From: Amoebophrya sp. A120
Taxonomy: Eukaryota; Protista; Dinoflagellata
Direction: 5' to 3'
Assembly: GCA_905178155.1 (NCBI GenBank)
Contig: CAJINV010000012.1
Span: forward strand, 115,389 to 179,388
DNA: 64,000 nt
Both the position numbers and the translations under genes were made by a program. Below the pieces are notes generated by a model. It ran no database searches, was not told where the DNA came from, and saw only the letters and a list, made by a program, of their open reading frames with translations. Positions 1-10,691 of this stretch are shown here, piece by piece; positions within the stretch are counted from its first letter, which is position 1, and every line of letters begins with the position of its first letter.

Positions 1-2697
1 GGACGACCCCTTCTGTATTCGCACCCCGTTCTGGTATTTCACAGCCACCTCCTGTCCTGGCTTGCCCTCTATTCCATCGCCGTCTTGCTGGCCCCGCGCC
101 CACGTCCCGTCATACACATGCCCGTCGGGCCTGCAGTTTGTAAAACGGACCAGGAAGTACTTAGCGTTACAATTCTGAGATCAAAGCACACTGCTTGTCG
201 TGGTTCCAAAACGAAAAATGCCCGTAATGAACCCTCTAAAAATGAAAATGAAGAGCACACGACCACGCATATTAGAGTGAATATGAGGACGACGCCGGCC
301 CTCGTTCCTCGCACTACTTACCTTGTGATCATAGGTTAGTACTACACGACGCATGATGAAACTGCAAAAAGTAAAGGCTGTATTATACCATCGCATCTTG
401 CCGCGCCCATGTCGGTGGTTCTCCAGGAAGTTGCCCTCGTTCGATATGCGAGCAAAACTCATCTTGTTTAACTCGAATGCCCCAATCATGAACTTGTGTT
501 GCACATATCGCTTCATGTTGGTGATCATACTCGTGGTGCCACTACCACACGGTAGAAGGTAGCAGTAGCTTCTTTCCTAACATAGGTATCACCAAATACG
601 CTTGTTCCGCATGACAAACATACATTTTATTTATTCAATTTTCATAGGAAGAAACTCGTCCGTTTTGCTTCATTTCGCTCACGTACATGCTCGCCCGTCA
701 TTCCACGTCTGCTATGAACTGCAAAAGTATCGTACTAGTAGTAACCAGCCATGCTCCGGCTGCCGCCGGAGCGCAAGGCTGTTGGGCCGGGGCAAGGCTG
801 TTTGCCGCTCGGACCACAACCCCACGGGCCTAGTAGGCACAACGAAACGCACTGGATTCCTGCCGTCGATTTGCGCCGCGCCAAGCCGCAGGACCACTTG
901 CGCGCCTCCCGCGCCTGTGGGCGCTCTGCGCAGGGAGCAGCTGCAAAAAACGCCGGGGGCGAACAGAAGCCGCATGGCGGGAGAGGGTGGCGCGGGAGGG
1001 TGGCGCGAGAGGGGTGCGCGAGAGGGTGGCGCGAGAGGGTGGCGCGAGAGGGTGCGCGAGAGGGTGGCACGGAAAGGCGCCGAACAAAACAAGTCCGCGA
1101 ATGGCCTGCAGTGCGAAATATGGGCACTACCATGCGGATTCGCGCCCGCTTCTTTGTGCTTTTGCCCTCTCGCAGACCTCTCGCAGACCCTCTTTTTGGC
1201 CTCTTTTGGGGGTCCCCGCTAATAATCCGGCTATACTCGCGGGTAGAGGTCGACAGAGGTGGCCGAGAGGTGGCCAAGAGGGTCCGCGAGAGGTCGCCCC
1301 TTATTCGCAGCACCTCTCTCCACCTCTGTCGACCTCTCGCGCCCCCTCTTTTTGACCTCTCTGCGCCCTCTGTGCCACTTAGGCGGCGCCTAAGGGTGGG
1401 CGCTTACTGCGGGCCTTATTCGCGCACCCTCTCGCGGACCCTCTCGAACGGGGTCCCGCGCCACCTCTCCACCTCTGTCGACCTCTTTTCTACCTCTGTC
1501 GACCTCTTTTTTACCTCTCGGCCACCTCTCTGAGACCCTCTGTCTACCTCTTTTTTCGCATGAATATAATGTATAGTGATTGCAATACAAATTAGCTCAG
1601 CATGACAAATGGAATTTGTCATGCTGTTTTACCTTGAGAACGAGCTTTGTAATGCATAAATGCAATTACTACGAGTACGATACTTTTGCACAGGATATCT
1701 GCTTCCCCACGCCGATTTCTCCAGGGAAAAAATCACTTTTTGTGAGCAAAAACAATAAGATGCATATTCGTTTTTTTGTATGTGCGCCGAGGAAGCTCTT
1801 CTATGATGATAGAGGACATGCTGGCTCGAATATCGTGCATGACAAACAAACGGCTCAATGTAGAAGTGCTTGATGTAAAGTTATTTTTTGCCTCTGGATA
1901 GATGCTGCATGGAGTTGAAGAATGTGCCGTCGTACGTTGATTTCAGGCTCTTGTAGACACCTATAGTATAATTATGTTGTTGTTGGCTTTGTTTGCAGGT
2001 ACACATCATTTCATGATCATGTGCTGAAGCAGCGCAGCTAGCAGTTTCATTTTCATCATCACCAGCATCAACAAGTTCGCGCTTCAAAAAAGTAAGTACT
2101 TCACGCCGCTCTACTGCACCAGCTGGCCTTCTTCAAGCATGACACAAGCATTTATTTCCAGCTTTCAGCTATACCTCTCCCTTGTATGATGTCGTTTTGG
2201 AAGTCGCCCTCGTATTGGCTTCCGTCCTCCCAAACGTACTGACCCCTCCCGTGCTTCATGCCGTTGACATACTCGCCCACGTAGACAGATTTATCCTCGA
2301 ACCACACTTCGCGGCCTTACTACAGTGAAAAATGCCCCCACCCCCAAAGTTGCAAAAAATTATTGTGATGCGAAGTTTCCAAATGAAAACCTTTTGCCAT
2401 GCATGAAAGGAGTATGAATCTTTCTGATGCAGAGTCTAGGCGTGTATCGCATCGTTTGCATGACAAGTGCCACTCTTGCTGGGGTCTTTTGCAATACAAA
2501 TTTTTGCTATTCACGATTAGAAACCTGTGATGCTGATAGATGCAAGAGGGCAGATGTTTCATTTGGAAAGGTTTGCAATACAAATGCTCCCAAGTTCGGG
2601 GGTGGGGGCATTTTTCATTGTAATAGGCCTCTCCCATGCTTCTTGTCCTGCATCCACTGTCCTTCATACCTGGAGGTCGAGTTCGTGTGGGGCGTAT
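1..2697 (-). CDS. MORN-repeat protein paralogue 1 (multi-exon; 5' start unresolved, 3' end runs off the window)
   Basis: Joined exons read YEGQWMQDKKHGRG-REVWFEDKSVYVGEYVNGMKHGRGQYVWEDGSQYEGDFQND...QHGVGKQTWNDGRAYEGNFLENHRHGRGKMRWPDGHVYDGTW, which are MORN repeats. Confidence 0.8.
445..685. mobile_element. Degenerate introner (predicted GT-GA intron 441-686)
   Basis: Imperfect TIR TATGCGAGCAAA / TTCGCTCACGTA; internal GCATGACAAA; removing 441-686 gives GRA|YEGNF in frame. Confidence 0.6.
713..1697. mobile_element. Introner family A, interrupted by a nested insertion
   Basis: TIR core TGCAAAAGTATCGTACT / AGTACGATACTTTTGCA; TSD TCTGC. Confidence 0.85.
743..1573. mobile_element. GC-rich nested insertion with GAGAGGGTG / CACCTCTC repeat arrays
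   Basis: Splits the family A consensus; possible TAGT duplication; repeats in both orientations. Confidence 0.7.
1718..1900. mobile_element. Degenerate introner, H-like
   Basis: TIR TCTCCAGGGAAAAAATCACTTT / AAAGTTATTTTTTGCCTCTGGATA; removal restores MQH|GVGKQ. Confidence 0.65.
2318..2625. mobile_element. Introner family F
   Basis: TIR TGAAAAATGCCCCCACCCC / GGGGTGGGGGCATTTTTCA; TSD GGCCT. Confidence 0.85.
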
Positions 2698-3405
2698 TTT
2701 TTATACATTTATTTTCATATGCATAAGCGTAGGCGTTGCTTTTGGTTTTGCTACAGCTACTTGCGAAGCTGCATAATCTACTCTTGTTTCGGAAAACAGC
2801 TTGTATTTTTCTAATATTGTGATTTCACACCGACGACGAGCAAGCTGATGGAATCGTCCGTGTCCACCCCGCCGCGGCAAAAACTTCTACGAAGAACTTG
2901 TTCATCTTGTAGTTGGTTCGACTTGCCAACCGCACCAGTTCTTGCTGGGTTCTTTCTCGGCGGGCGCCGGCTTGCTGGTCCTGCTCTCCTTCGTTTCTCG
3001 TTGCTCTTGCTCCGCCTGCTGTCGGATCATGTAGTAGTTCCGATGCCGTTACGGCAACGGCTGCTCTCTACCGAGAATAGTGATCAGCTTTCCTACCGCG
3101 AAACAACCGTACGCGTACTAGGTCCGGGGGGCTACGAAATAAACAGGTTCTTGGACGTGCTTTGGTGTGATGCAGAAGCGACAGTGTCGTGGCTCGTCAA
3201 ATAAGGAACTTGACCCGCTTGATGTTCCTCGTGCTGTGCTTTGCTTTGGTCTTTACTTCCACAATTTTTTTGTTCAAGAAGGCTGCTGCACCGATAACCG
3301 ATAACCGCAGATCAGGATGAGGTACTAGAGCAGGTTCAGCTCAAGAATAGAGATGTTCATCCGGGAAGGACGTCGTCGGCTTGGGATCAACATCTTCTGG
3401 CACAA

Positions 3406-6400
3406 CTAGACTTTCACCAAAGCTAAGTAACCGCCCTTCCTCAGGTACTCTTCTTGCTTTGCGGCGGGGGTTTGCTTTTGCTTCTCCCGTTCCAGCCAGG
3501 GGCTGCTAAACTCCAAATCGACCGCCCAACTCATCAGCAACCGGGCCCATCTATGAAGGCGTCAGGATCGAAATCAACAAAGTCGAAAAAATCAGGAAGG
3601 CAGATCATAGTCCTGAAAAGGGTTGCGAGTTGGGCTGCTGACTAGCATGACATAAGGGAGCCGAGCTCTTTGGCCCTAAACTACCGCATGACAGATTCGC
3701 TTCGAGAACGGGGAAAGTCTACAAGAACTGTCCCGCGCCGACTACAAACTGCAGGTCTAACTGGCATCGATTTTGTGCATCACATTTTTTTCGATTTTGT
3801 CGATTTCGAACCTGACACCCCCATACCACCCGCTGCGTCCGTAGTCTCGGCCGGCGTTGAAGTAAACCGTGTCGGAAGTCGTCTCTTCCAGCCATCCGCA
3901 ACTGTCGATGCACGCCGGCCCGAGAAAAAATTTCCCGAATTTTTTCGTGTGGCAGTGGATCAGCGCCATCGTTTGGACGTCCGCGAAGGGGTTCAGCGCA
4001 TCGCCGTACCGTCCCAACCCCGCGTGCTCGATGGAGGAGTAGGAAAACCACATGTCATATCCACTGCAAAAAGCATCGCACTCTTAGTAATTGCATTTAT
4101 ACATTACAAATTTCTTTCTCAAGACAAATCAGCATTACAAATAATTCAATTTGTAATGCTGGGCTAATTTGTAATGCAGTTTATACTAGTGCGATGCTTT
4201 TGCAGTTCATATGTCAAAATCGAAAGACACATCGCTCGTCAGTAGCTCGTGGAAAAACAAAAACCGCCATCGCTTGTGGGGGTATCGGGGTTGTATCGAC
4301 GTGCTTTTCTTCTCGTCGAAGACTCCGTCTAGCTCGTCCGGATGCCCCTCCACGGGTGGTTATGCATTACAAAAGCATCATTACTAGTAGTAGAAATCGC
4401 ATTACAAATAATTCGGTCAGCATGTTGACACATGGAATTTTTTGTCATGCTGTTTTACGTTGGGGTAGAGATAATTTGTAATGCATGACTGCGATTATAA
4501 TTGCTACGAGAAGTGCGATACAATTTTTGCACAGGATAGTGGTTTATCCTGTGCAAAAGTATCGCACTCGTACAAATGCTAATGCAAGTCTTGCATTACA
4601 AATCTTGTTTCCACGGCAAATCTGCATTACAAATTTTATTTCTCATGCTGAGGAAATTTGTAATGCATTTATACGAATACGATACTTTTGCACAGGATAG
4701 TGGTTTCCGGTAGTCAACCGTGGTTACGATCGCGGTGGGGAAGCTATCACATGCAAAAGTGTCTGGGTCTGGAGTGTTGCCGAGTTTGTCATGCATACTT
4801 TGCATGACCCAGGATGTCTGTAATGCACGCCCTAGCATCACAGATTTTTAGATGGCTTCCTGATGCCTACTCCGCATGACAAATGCTCTCCCGCCCGCGT
4901 AGCACCAACTAGACTCCTCTTGCTGGTCATGCAATACAGATTTTTTTAGAGTCCAAGGTTAGCATCACAAGTTCCAACCTTCCAGACCCAGACATTATTG
5001 CATTTGATAGAAGCGGTACAGCAGCAAAATCTCCATCCAGGGCTGCTCACTGCCCAGAACCGCGATTTTCAAATTAATTTCCTGCTGGCCCAGCAACACC
5101 GTTTTGTCGTTCTCGTTGTGCCAGGTCTATCAAAATGAGAAATCCCCCCGCCCCATATCAAAACGGAAATTTGTGATGCTGCTTCGTGGCCACAAATCAG
5201 CTTTGTATTGCAGAGAGGAATGGCGGCCAGATCCCCAGGCTAGGTAGGGGCTTATGTGTCTAGTTGTTCAGCATGGCAAACGGCTCCCCTTTAGGCCTAA
5301 CAGCATGACAAACCGCCTCCATAATGGGGCGAAAGCTTCTGCCCTTGTCTTCTTGCAAAACAGATGTGATTTGTGACCTCAAATCCGCAACACAAATTTT
5401 TGGACACATACCTTTTCAATGTGGGGAGGGGGGATTTTTCCTCTCAGTAAGGTCTTGTTCGAATTCGCGAAAAACGTATCGCGGTTCCGCATGATCGCCG
5501 CGTCAAGAATGAAGACCGTGTCGTCTTGGTAACTGGAAACGGTTTCGTTTACGAAATGGAGATATGCATTGCAGACGTATCGCGCTAGTATAAATTGCAT
5601 TACAAATCGACTTACCATTACAAATTGAATTTCTATTGCGGATTTGCCTTCAGAAAAATATTTGTAAATGCATAAACGCAATTAAAACGAGTGCGATACT
5701 TTTGCACTGCATAGGAGAAACACCAAATCGCTGTCCGTCCAGAGATTCAGTGCGTAGTCGCGCTTGAGCGCTCTCTATGAGATGCAAATGTGTCTGGGTC
5801 TGGAAACTTGTGATGCTAAAATGTGCACGATGAAAACGCTTCCGAATGCAGTCCGGCTTGACAACTTCCCAAAACGCTTTCTGATATGCAATCCGCATGA
5901 GAAACTGTGTTTTTGCATGACAAAAGAGGCTGCGACTTTTGTTGGTTATGCAATGCAGATTTTCTAGGTATGGAAAGCTAGCATTACAAGCTCCAACCTT
6001 CCAGACCCAGACATTTTTGCAATGCATACTCTCTTTTCCAAGATGTTGCGGTAAAGTTTCTGCTTGGTCTCCAGCGCAATCCGTCGGTTTTCCGACAACC
6101 CAGCGTGTCATGAATTGCAAAAGTATCGTTATCGTATTCCTATTCGGATAAATGCATTACAAATTTCCTCAGCACGAGAAATGAAATTTGTAATGCTGAT
6201 TTACCTTAAGAGATGAATGAGAAAGATTCGTAATGCATGACTGCAATACGAGTGCGATACTTTTGCACAGGATACGTGTTGCATCCACCCGAAAGGATTG
6301 CGGAGCAGCAGTTTTCCGAAGGTCTGCGCGTTCCATTTGTGCGACAGCTCTTCCTGGAGTGGCGGAGCGATGGGACGATTGTGGTCTTCGAATTGGGTAG

Positions 6401-9400
6401 TTTCCTCGTTGGCGAAAGAGCCGGGTTTGTAGTCCTCTTGCATCTGGTCGCCTTTCTCCTCGTCATTGTTCTCTAAATAAGAAGGTTTTGACGTACTAGA
6501 TTCTACTCCATCATCATGAACATGATCCCCCACGACCTCTCGTGCCCAGCTGTCGTTACTGGACTTCTGCATGTAGAACGCGTTCTTCTTTACCGCTTTT
6601 CCGTACAGCAAAAGATCGCGTCGGTAAATTTCTGGGATCCTCAAGGGCGGGGGCCACAGGTGCGACTCGGCCATGCGAAGCCCGGGGGACTGCTTCAACA
6701 GCTCGCACTTGGGGTAGACCAGTTTTTCGCTGATTTTTTCCATAATTTTCTCGTCTACTACTTGGTGGTGCTCTTGCAGTTGTTCCGCATTCGATCCTAT
6801 CTCGGTAGAACTTGCTGTGCCGCCCTGCTGTAGTGGCTCTTTATCCGCCACAAGTTCCCGCTGATAGTAAACGATCTCCCGACTCTGCACCTTATTTCGG
6901 GCGATTTCCCCACTGCAAACGTCCTCCCCGCACCCGATCCGCTGCAATGGTGCGAGTCTCTCGTAGTAGATCTTCGCTACATTGTCCATGAAATCCCCGA
7001 TTTTGGACGCCAGGTGGGCGAATTCCTGTTGGATGCGGAAGAGTTTGGTGCGCAGTTCGAAGATGTTTTGCTTGTAGAACTTCGCTATAACAAACTCGTC
7101 GATGTACTCCAACTCGTCTTCAATGGATTTCCGCAGCGAGGAGAGTAGTACAGCATTGCTGTCGTCACAGGGCGGGTCATCATGTTGTTCCTCGTGTTCT
7201 TGGCCCTTTTGCTGCTGTTCGCCATTCTGTAGTTCCTGTCCGGCATTGATTCGCAACCTTTGTTGTTGAACAAGAAGAACTTCCTGTACTTGCTTCTCCC
7301 GCCCCGCTACCACGCTTTTCCTGAACTTCTGCAAATGTTGCCAGTGATGGTTGAAGTAGGTGGTGTGCTCGATTAAAGGGAGAAGGAAGGAATGAAGCGT
7401 GATCGGCTGTCGGTGAAATGACTGCTGCTCGTCCTTGTAATCCGTCCCTTCGTAGTTATTCAAGTTCTCGACACCCCCGAGCACGATCCTCGTCGGCGCC
7501 AAATTCTCAATTTCCCCCGCAACGTCCTCACCGGTCAGCAAGGTTGTGTTGGTAGTCGGCTCGAAAAATGCGTCCGCGCGCCGTAACGCCTGCCGGATCT
7601 GCAGCGCCAGGTCTTCGTGGGTCGAGAGAATTTTCAGGAGTTTGAACATTTCTTTTGGGTGGGTGTAGCGACCGGTCGAAAAATCATGCGTCTTCGCTGG
7701 TGGACGTCGACCAAGAACTTCTTGTGTGCCGCCGCTTGATGTTCTTGCCACCGGCCCAACGACCTTCGCAAATTCTTCGTCCGTCTTTTGCATCTGCTGC
7801 TCCAGCGCTGTCGCGTCGAATGGAAGGTGAGCGTCGTGTAAAGATGCAGCCGTAGCATGATCATCTCCTTCGTTATCAGAATTTCTATCGGTCGCATTCA
7901 CCACGCCGAGCGCTTTCCCCAGGTCAATCTTCGAGGCCACCCTTCCGGTCCTGTCCCGCCCGAGCCCGTCCGCGTCTGGTGCAGCGGCTGCATCGTTATC
8001 AAGTGTAAAAATGTCTGGGTCTGGAAGAATGCGCGATTTGTCATGCTTCTCTGGCATGAGACTTAAACCTGTCATGCAGGTTACCCAAGATCCCCAATTT
8101 CCTGTCATGCAAAGACGCAGTTTGTCATGCAGAATAGGCAACACCTAGAAGCTCAGAAACTTGTCATGCTGAGCCAGCACTTATGGCCTCCTCATGATAC
8201 GCCACCCAGCATCACAAGTTTCCAGACCTAGACATTTTTACATTTGATAATCGTCTTGGAATAGCAAAGCGGCGTACTGAAAAATGTTCATCATTTCTCC
8301 GCTTTGCTCAGCCTTCTCCAGCATCTCCTCTTTCTCCCATATCAAATGCAAAAGTGTCTGGGTCTGCAAGATTGCCAGGTTTGTCATGCACATTTTGCAT
8401 GACTCCTGATGTCTGTGATGCATGCCCTAGCATCACAGATTTTGTGAGGGCTTCCTGATGCCTATACCGAATGACAAATGCTCCTTCCGTGTACGCAAAA
8501 CTTGGACTCTCTTTGCTGCTCATGCAATACAGATTTTTTTAGAATCCAAAATCAGCATGACAAGTTGGATTCTTCCAGACCCAGACAGTTTTGCAGTTGA
8601 TATCCCAGGTGTGAGCCCGGTAGTCGTGAATCAATGTCTGGATGTTCATCCTGTCCAGTTTCGACAGTGATAGAGTCGTGCCGGAAGCTGTTGTACTAGA
8701 GGACTCTTTGTTCGAGCTCGACGTGCCCGCTTGGTCCTCCTCGTTTGTGCTTCTGGAGGACAATACGTCAGGACTTGCATGATCCGTTCCGGTTTGAAGA
8801 ACTGAGTCTGTGGTGCCTCCACCTGCGTCAATCCTACTTGTTCCCCCTTTCACCCCCAAAACCCGACGATCTGGGTACAGCAGCTCCACTAATGGCATCA
8901 AAATTCTCCGCAGGATATTCTGGTACGTCTCACACGCGAACCTCGCCACGTCCCACAAATTCGGTTTCGCGGCATGCACCGCTTCATCTACGTTCGACAT
9001 TTTCTCAATGCCAAAAATGCTGCCGTCGGTATTCTCCGAGCGGAGGCAGGCCTGGTTCAATTTCAGCCCGATGTTGACTTTCTTGCCTGATGAAGTAGAT
9101 GATGAGCCAGATGATGGGTTTTTTGATGACTCATGATCTCCTTGACTTCCTACTTCTCCTGGTGCTGTTGTCATGTGAGATTCCTGGTCAACATCTTCGT
9201 GCTGCTCCACTCCACCTGCGTCCTCAGATGTAGTTCTGGTTTCTGATGGGAGGAGGTTGTCGATCTGTCCATCAAAAAAGGCGTCGTCATCGCTGTCACC
9301 TACAAGAAGTTCCGCCATTCCCAGCTTTCCCAAGCAGTAGCTGAGTTCTATCCACTGCAAAAGTGTCTGGGTCTGGAAGAATCCAACTTGTCATGCTGAT

Positions 9401-10113
9401 TTTGGATTCTAAAAAAATCTGTATTGCATGAGCAGCAAAGAGAGTCCAAGTTTTGCTACACGTCGGAAAGAGCATTTTCCATGCGGTATAGGCATCAGGA
9501 AGCCCTCACACAATCTGTGATGCTAGGGCATGCATCACAGACATCATGAGTCATCCAAAATGTGCATGACAAACCTGGCAATCTTCCAGAGGACCCAGAC
9601 ACTTTTACATTTGATAAGTTCCGCGGTTTCGCAATCTATGGTCTTCGTGTACAGGGGTGTGTCCCAGCAGCACCGGTTGAAATTCAGAGGTGAAGATGTC
9701 ATGCTGGAACCGCTAGAAGTACTACTGCCCGGATTATCGAAACAAACGTCGTTTGCGTTCGGACCCTCTACACAGCAATTTTCGTAGTTCAAATGGACAG
9801 CCCAGGGGTCGGTGAAGCAGAAAAACTCATCCCGGTAGAAGGTTAACTGGCCGGAAGGCTGGGCGAGGGCGAAGAAGAAGATCATGATGTTGCTGACGGT
9901 CAAAATTGTCGCTGCGAGCAGGGATAGAACCAGCGGAAAGGGACGACAGCGACCCGCGCTTCTCGTGCTGGTCGTCCGGAATAGGATTACTGCCAGATGA
10001 GTAGTTGAGGGTTTGGTGGAGGTTCCGCGTCCGGAACAAAATAAAACCCCATTTCCTCGTGGTCCGCCTCTACTCCGCCTTCGGTGCCGCATGTGTTGCA
10101 GTCGCGGCGCCAT
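3406..10113 (-). CDS. Large membrane-anchored or secreted protein with C-terminal DUF268 (methyltransferase-like) domain; 12 introners
   Basis: After removing elements: IAVLGSEQPWMEILLL...VTTVDY...FDMWFSYSSIEHAGLGRYGDALNPFAD...KKFGKFFLG...VYFNAGRDYG, matching the DUF268 SSIEHxGLGRYGD motif; N-terminal hydrophobic segment; stop at 3406-3408; start codon uncertain. Confidence 0.75.
3552..3825. mobile_element. Introner family D
   Basis: TIR GTCAGGATCGAAATC / GATTTCGAACCTGAC; TSD CCATC/CCACC. Confidence 0.85.
4058..4211. mobile_element. Introner family A
   Basis: A-type TIRs; TSD TGTCA. Confidence 0.9.
4361..4538. mobile_element. Introner family A (left twin)
   Basis: A-type TIRs; flanked by GTGGT. 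Confidence 0.85.
4545..4699. mobile_element. Introner family A (right twin)
   Basis: A-type TIRs; flanked by GTGGTT. Confidence 0.85.
4745..5009. mobile_element. Introner family B
   Basis: TIR core TGTCTGGGTCTGGA / TCCAGACCCAGACA; TSD GAAGC. Confidence 0.9.
5128..5449. mobile_element. Introner family C
   Basis: TIR AAATCCCCCCGCCCCA / TGGGGAGGGGGGATTT; TSD AGGTC. Confidence 0.9.
5563..5713. mobile_element. Introner family A
   Basis: A-type TIRs; TSD GGAGA. Confidence 0.9.
5776..6028. mobile_element. Introner family B
   Basis: B-type TIRs; TSD CTCTC. Confidence 0.9.
6109..6274. mobile_element. Introner family A
   Basis: A-type TIRs; TSD CGTGT. Confidence 0.9.
7997..8249. mobile_element. 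Introner family B
   Basis: B-type TIRs; TSD ATCGT. Confidence 0.9.
8340..8602. mobile_element. Introner family B
   Basis: B-type TIRs; TSD TCCCA. Confidence 0.9.
9349..9616. mobile_element. Introner family B (inverted relative to the 8340 copy)
   Basis: B-type TIRs; TSD AGTTC; internal sequence is close to the reverse complement of 8340-8602. Confidence 0.9.
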
Positions 10114-10691
10114 GATCTCGGATCCGCCCGGCGTCGCCCTCTCGCGTAGAACTACGTCCTTTGTCAAACAATAAACAAAACCACGGACGCACCAGATAAG
10201 TACACGAGGTGGATGTCAAGAAGAAAACATCAAGACGGGGGCTTTCACAAAAACCAGGAGTAAACGTCGAAAGCTTTCATCCCGTTCAAGCAAATTTATG
10301 AAGCTGCAAAGAAAACGCAATACAAAACAGGAGAACGCCTACAACGAATAGGAGAAAGATAACATGTGGTCGTGGTAATGCAAGATAAAAACCGTTGTAA
10401 ACTGATGAGAAGCTACTAGTACTAGCAGCTTCACCTTCAGCTCATCGAAGACGTAGAACAGAAGGGGTTGCGTATGTCATCTGTGTGACGAGGGGCCCGG
10501 GGGACAAATAAATCAACGCCGTTGATGCGCAGGTCAGTAGAATGATATTGCAATCTAGCAGTAGTAGATGTTGGGAAATAATTGTGACTAAAGTGCTGAT
10601 GTGTGAGATAGCTGCGATCATAGGATTAGGCGACAACTAGAGACAGAATCACATTCGCAAGAAAAATCACCACAACCCCAATCAGATATCC

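Noticed and set aside
602-1622. Overlapping Arg/Ala/Pro-rich ORFs on both strands
   Set aside because: Artefacts of the GC-rich repeat insertion inside an intron
4058-6274. Regularly recurring palindromic repeats as a CRISPR array
   Set aside because: Units are 150-320 bp elements with TSDs, the intervening pieces are exons of one gene, and there are no cas genes
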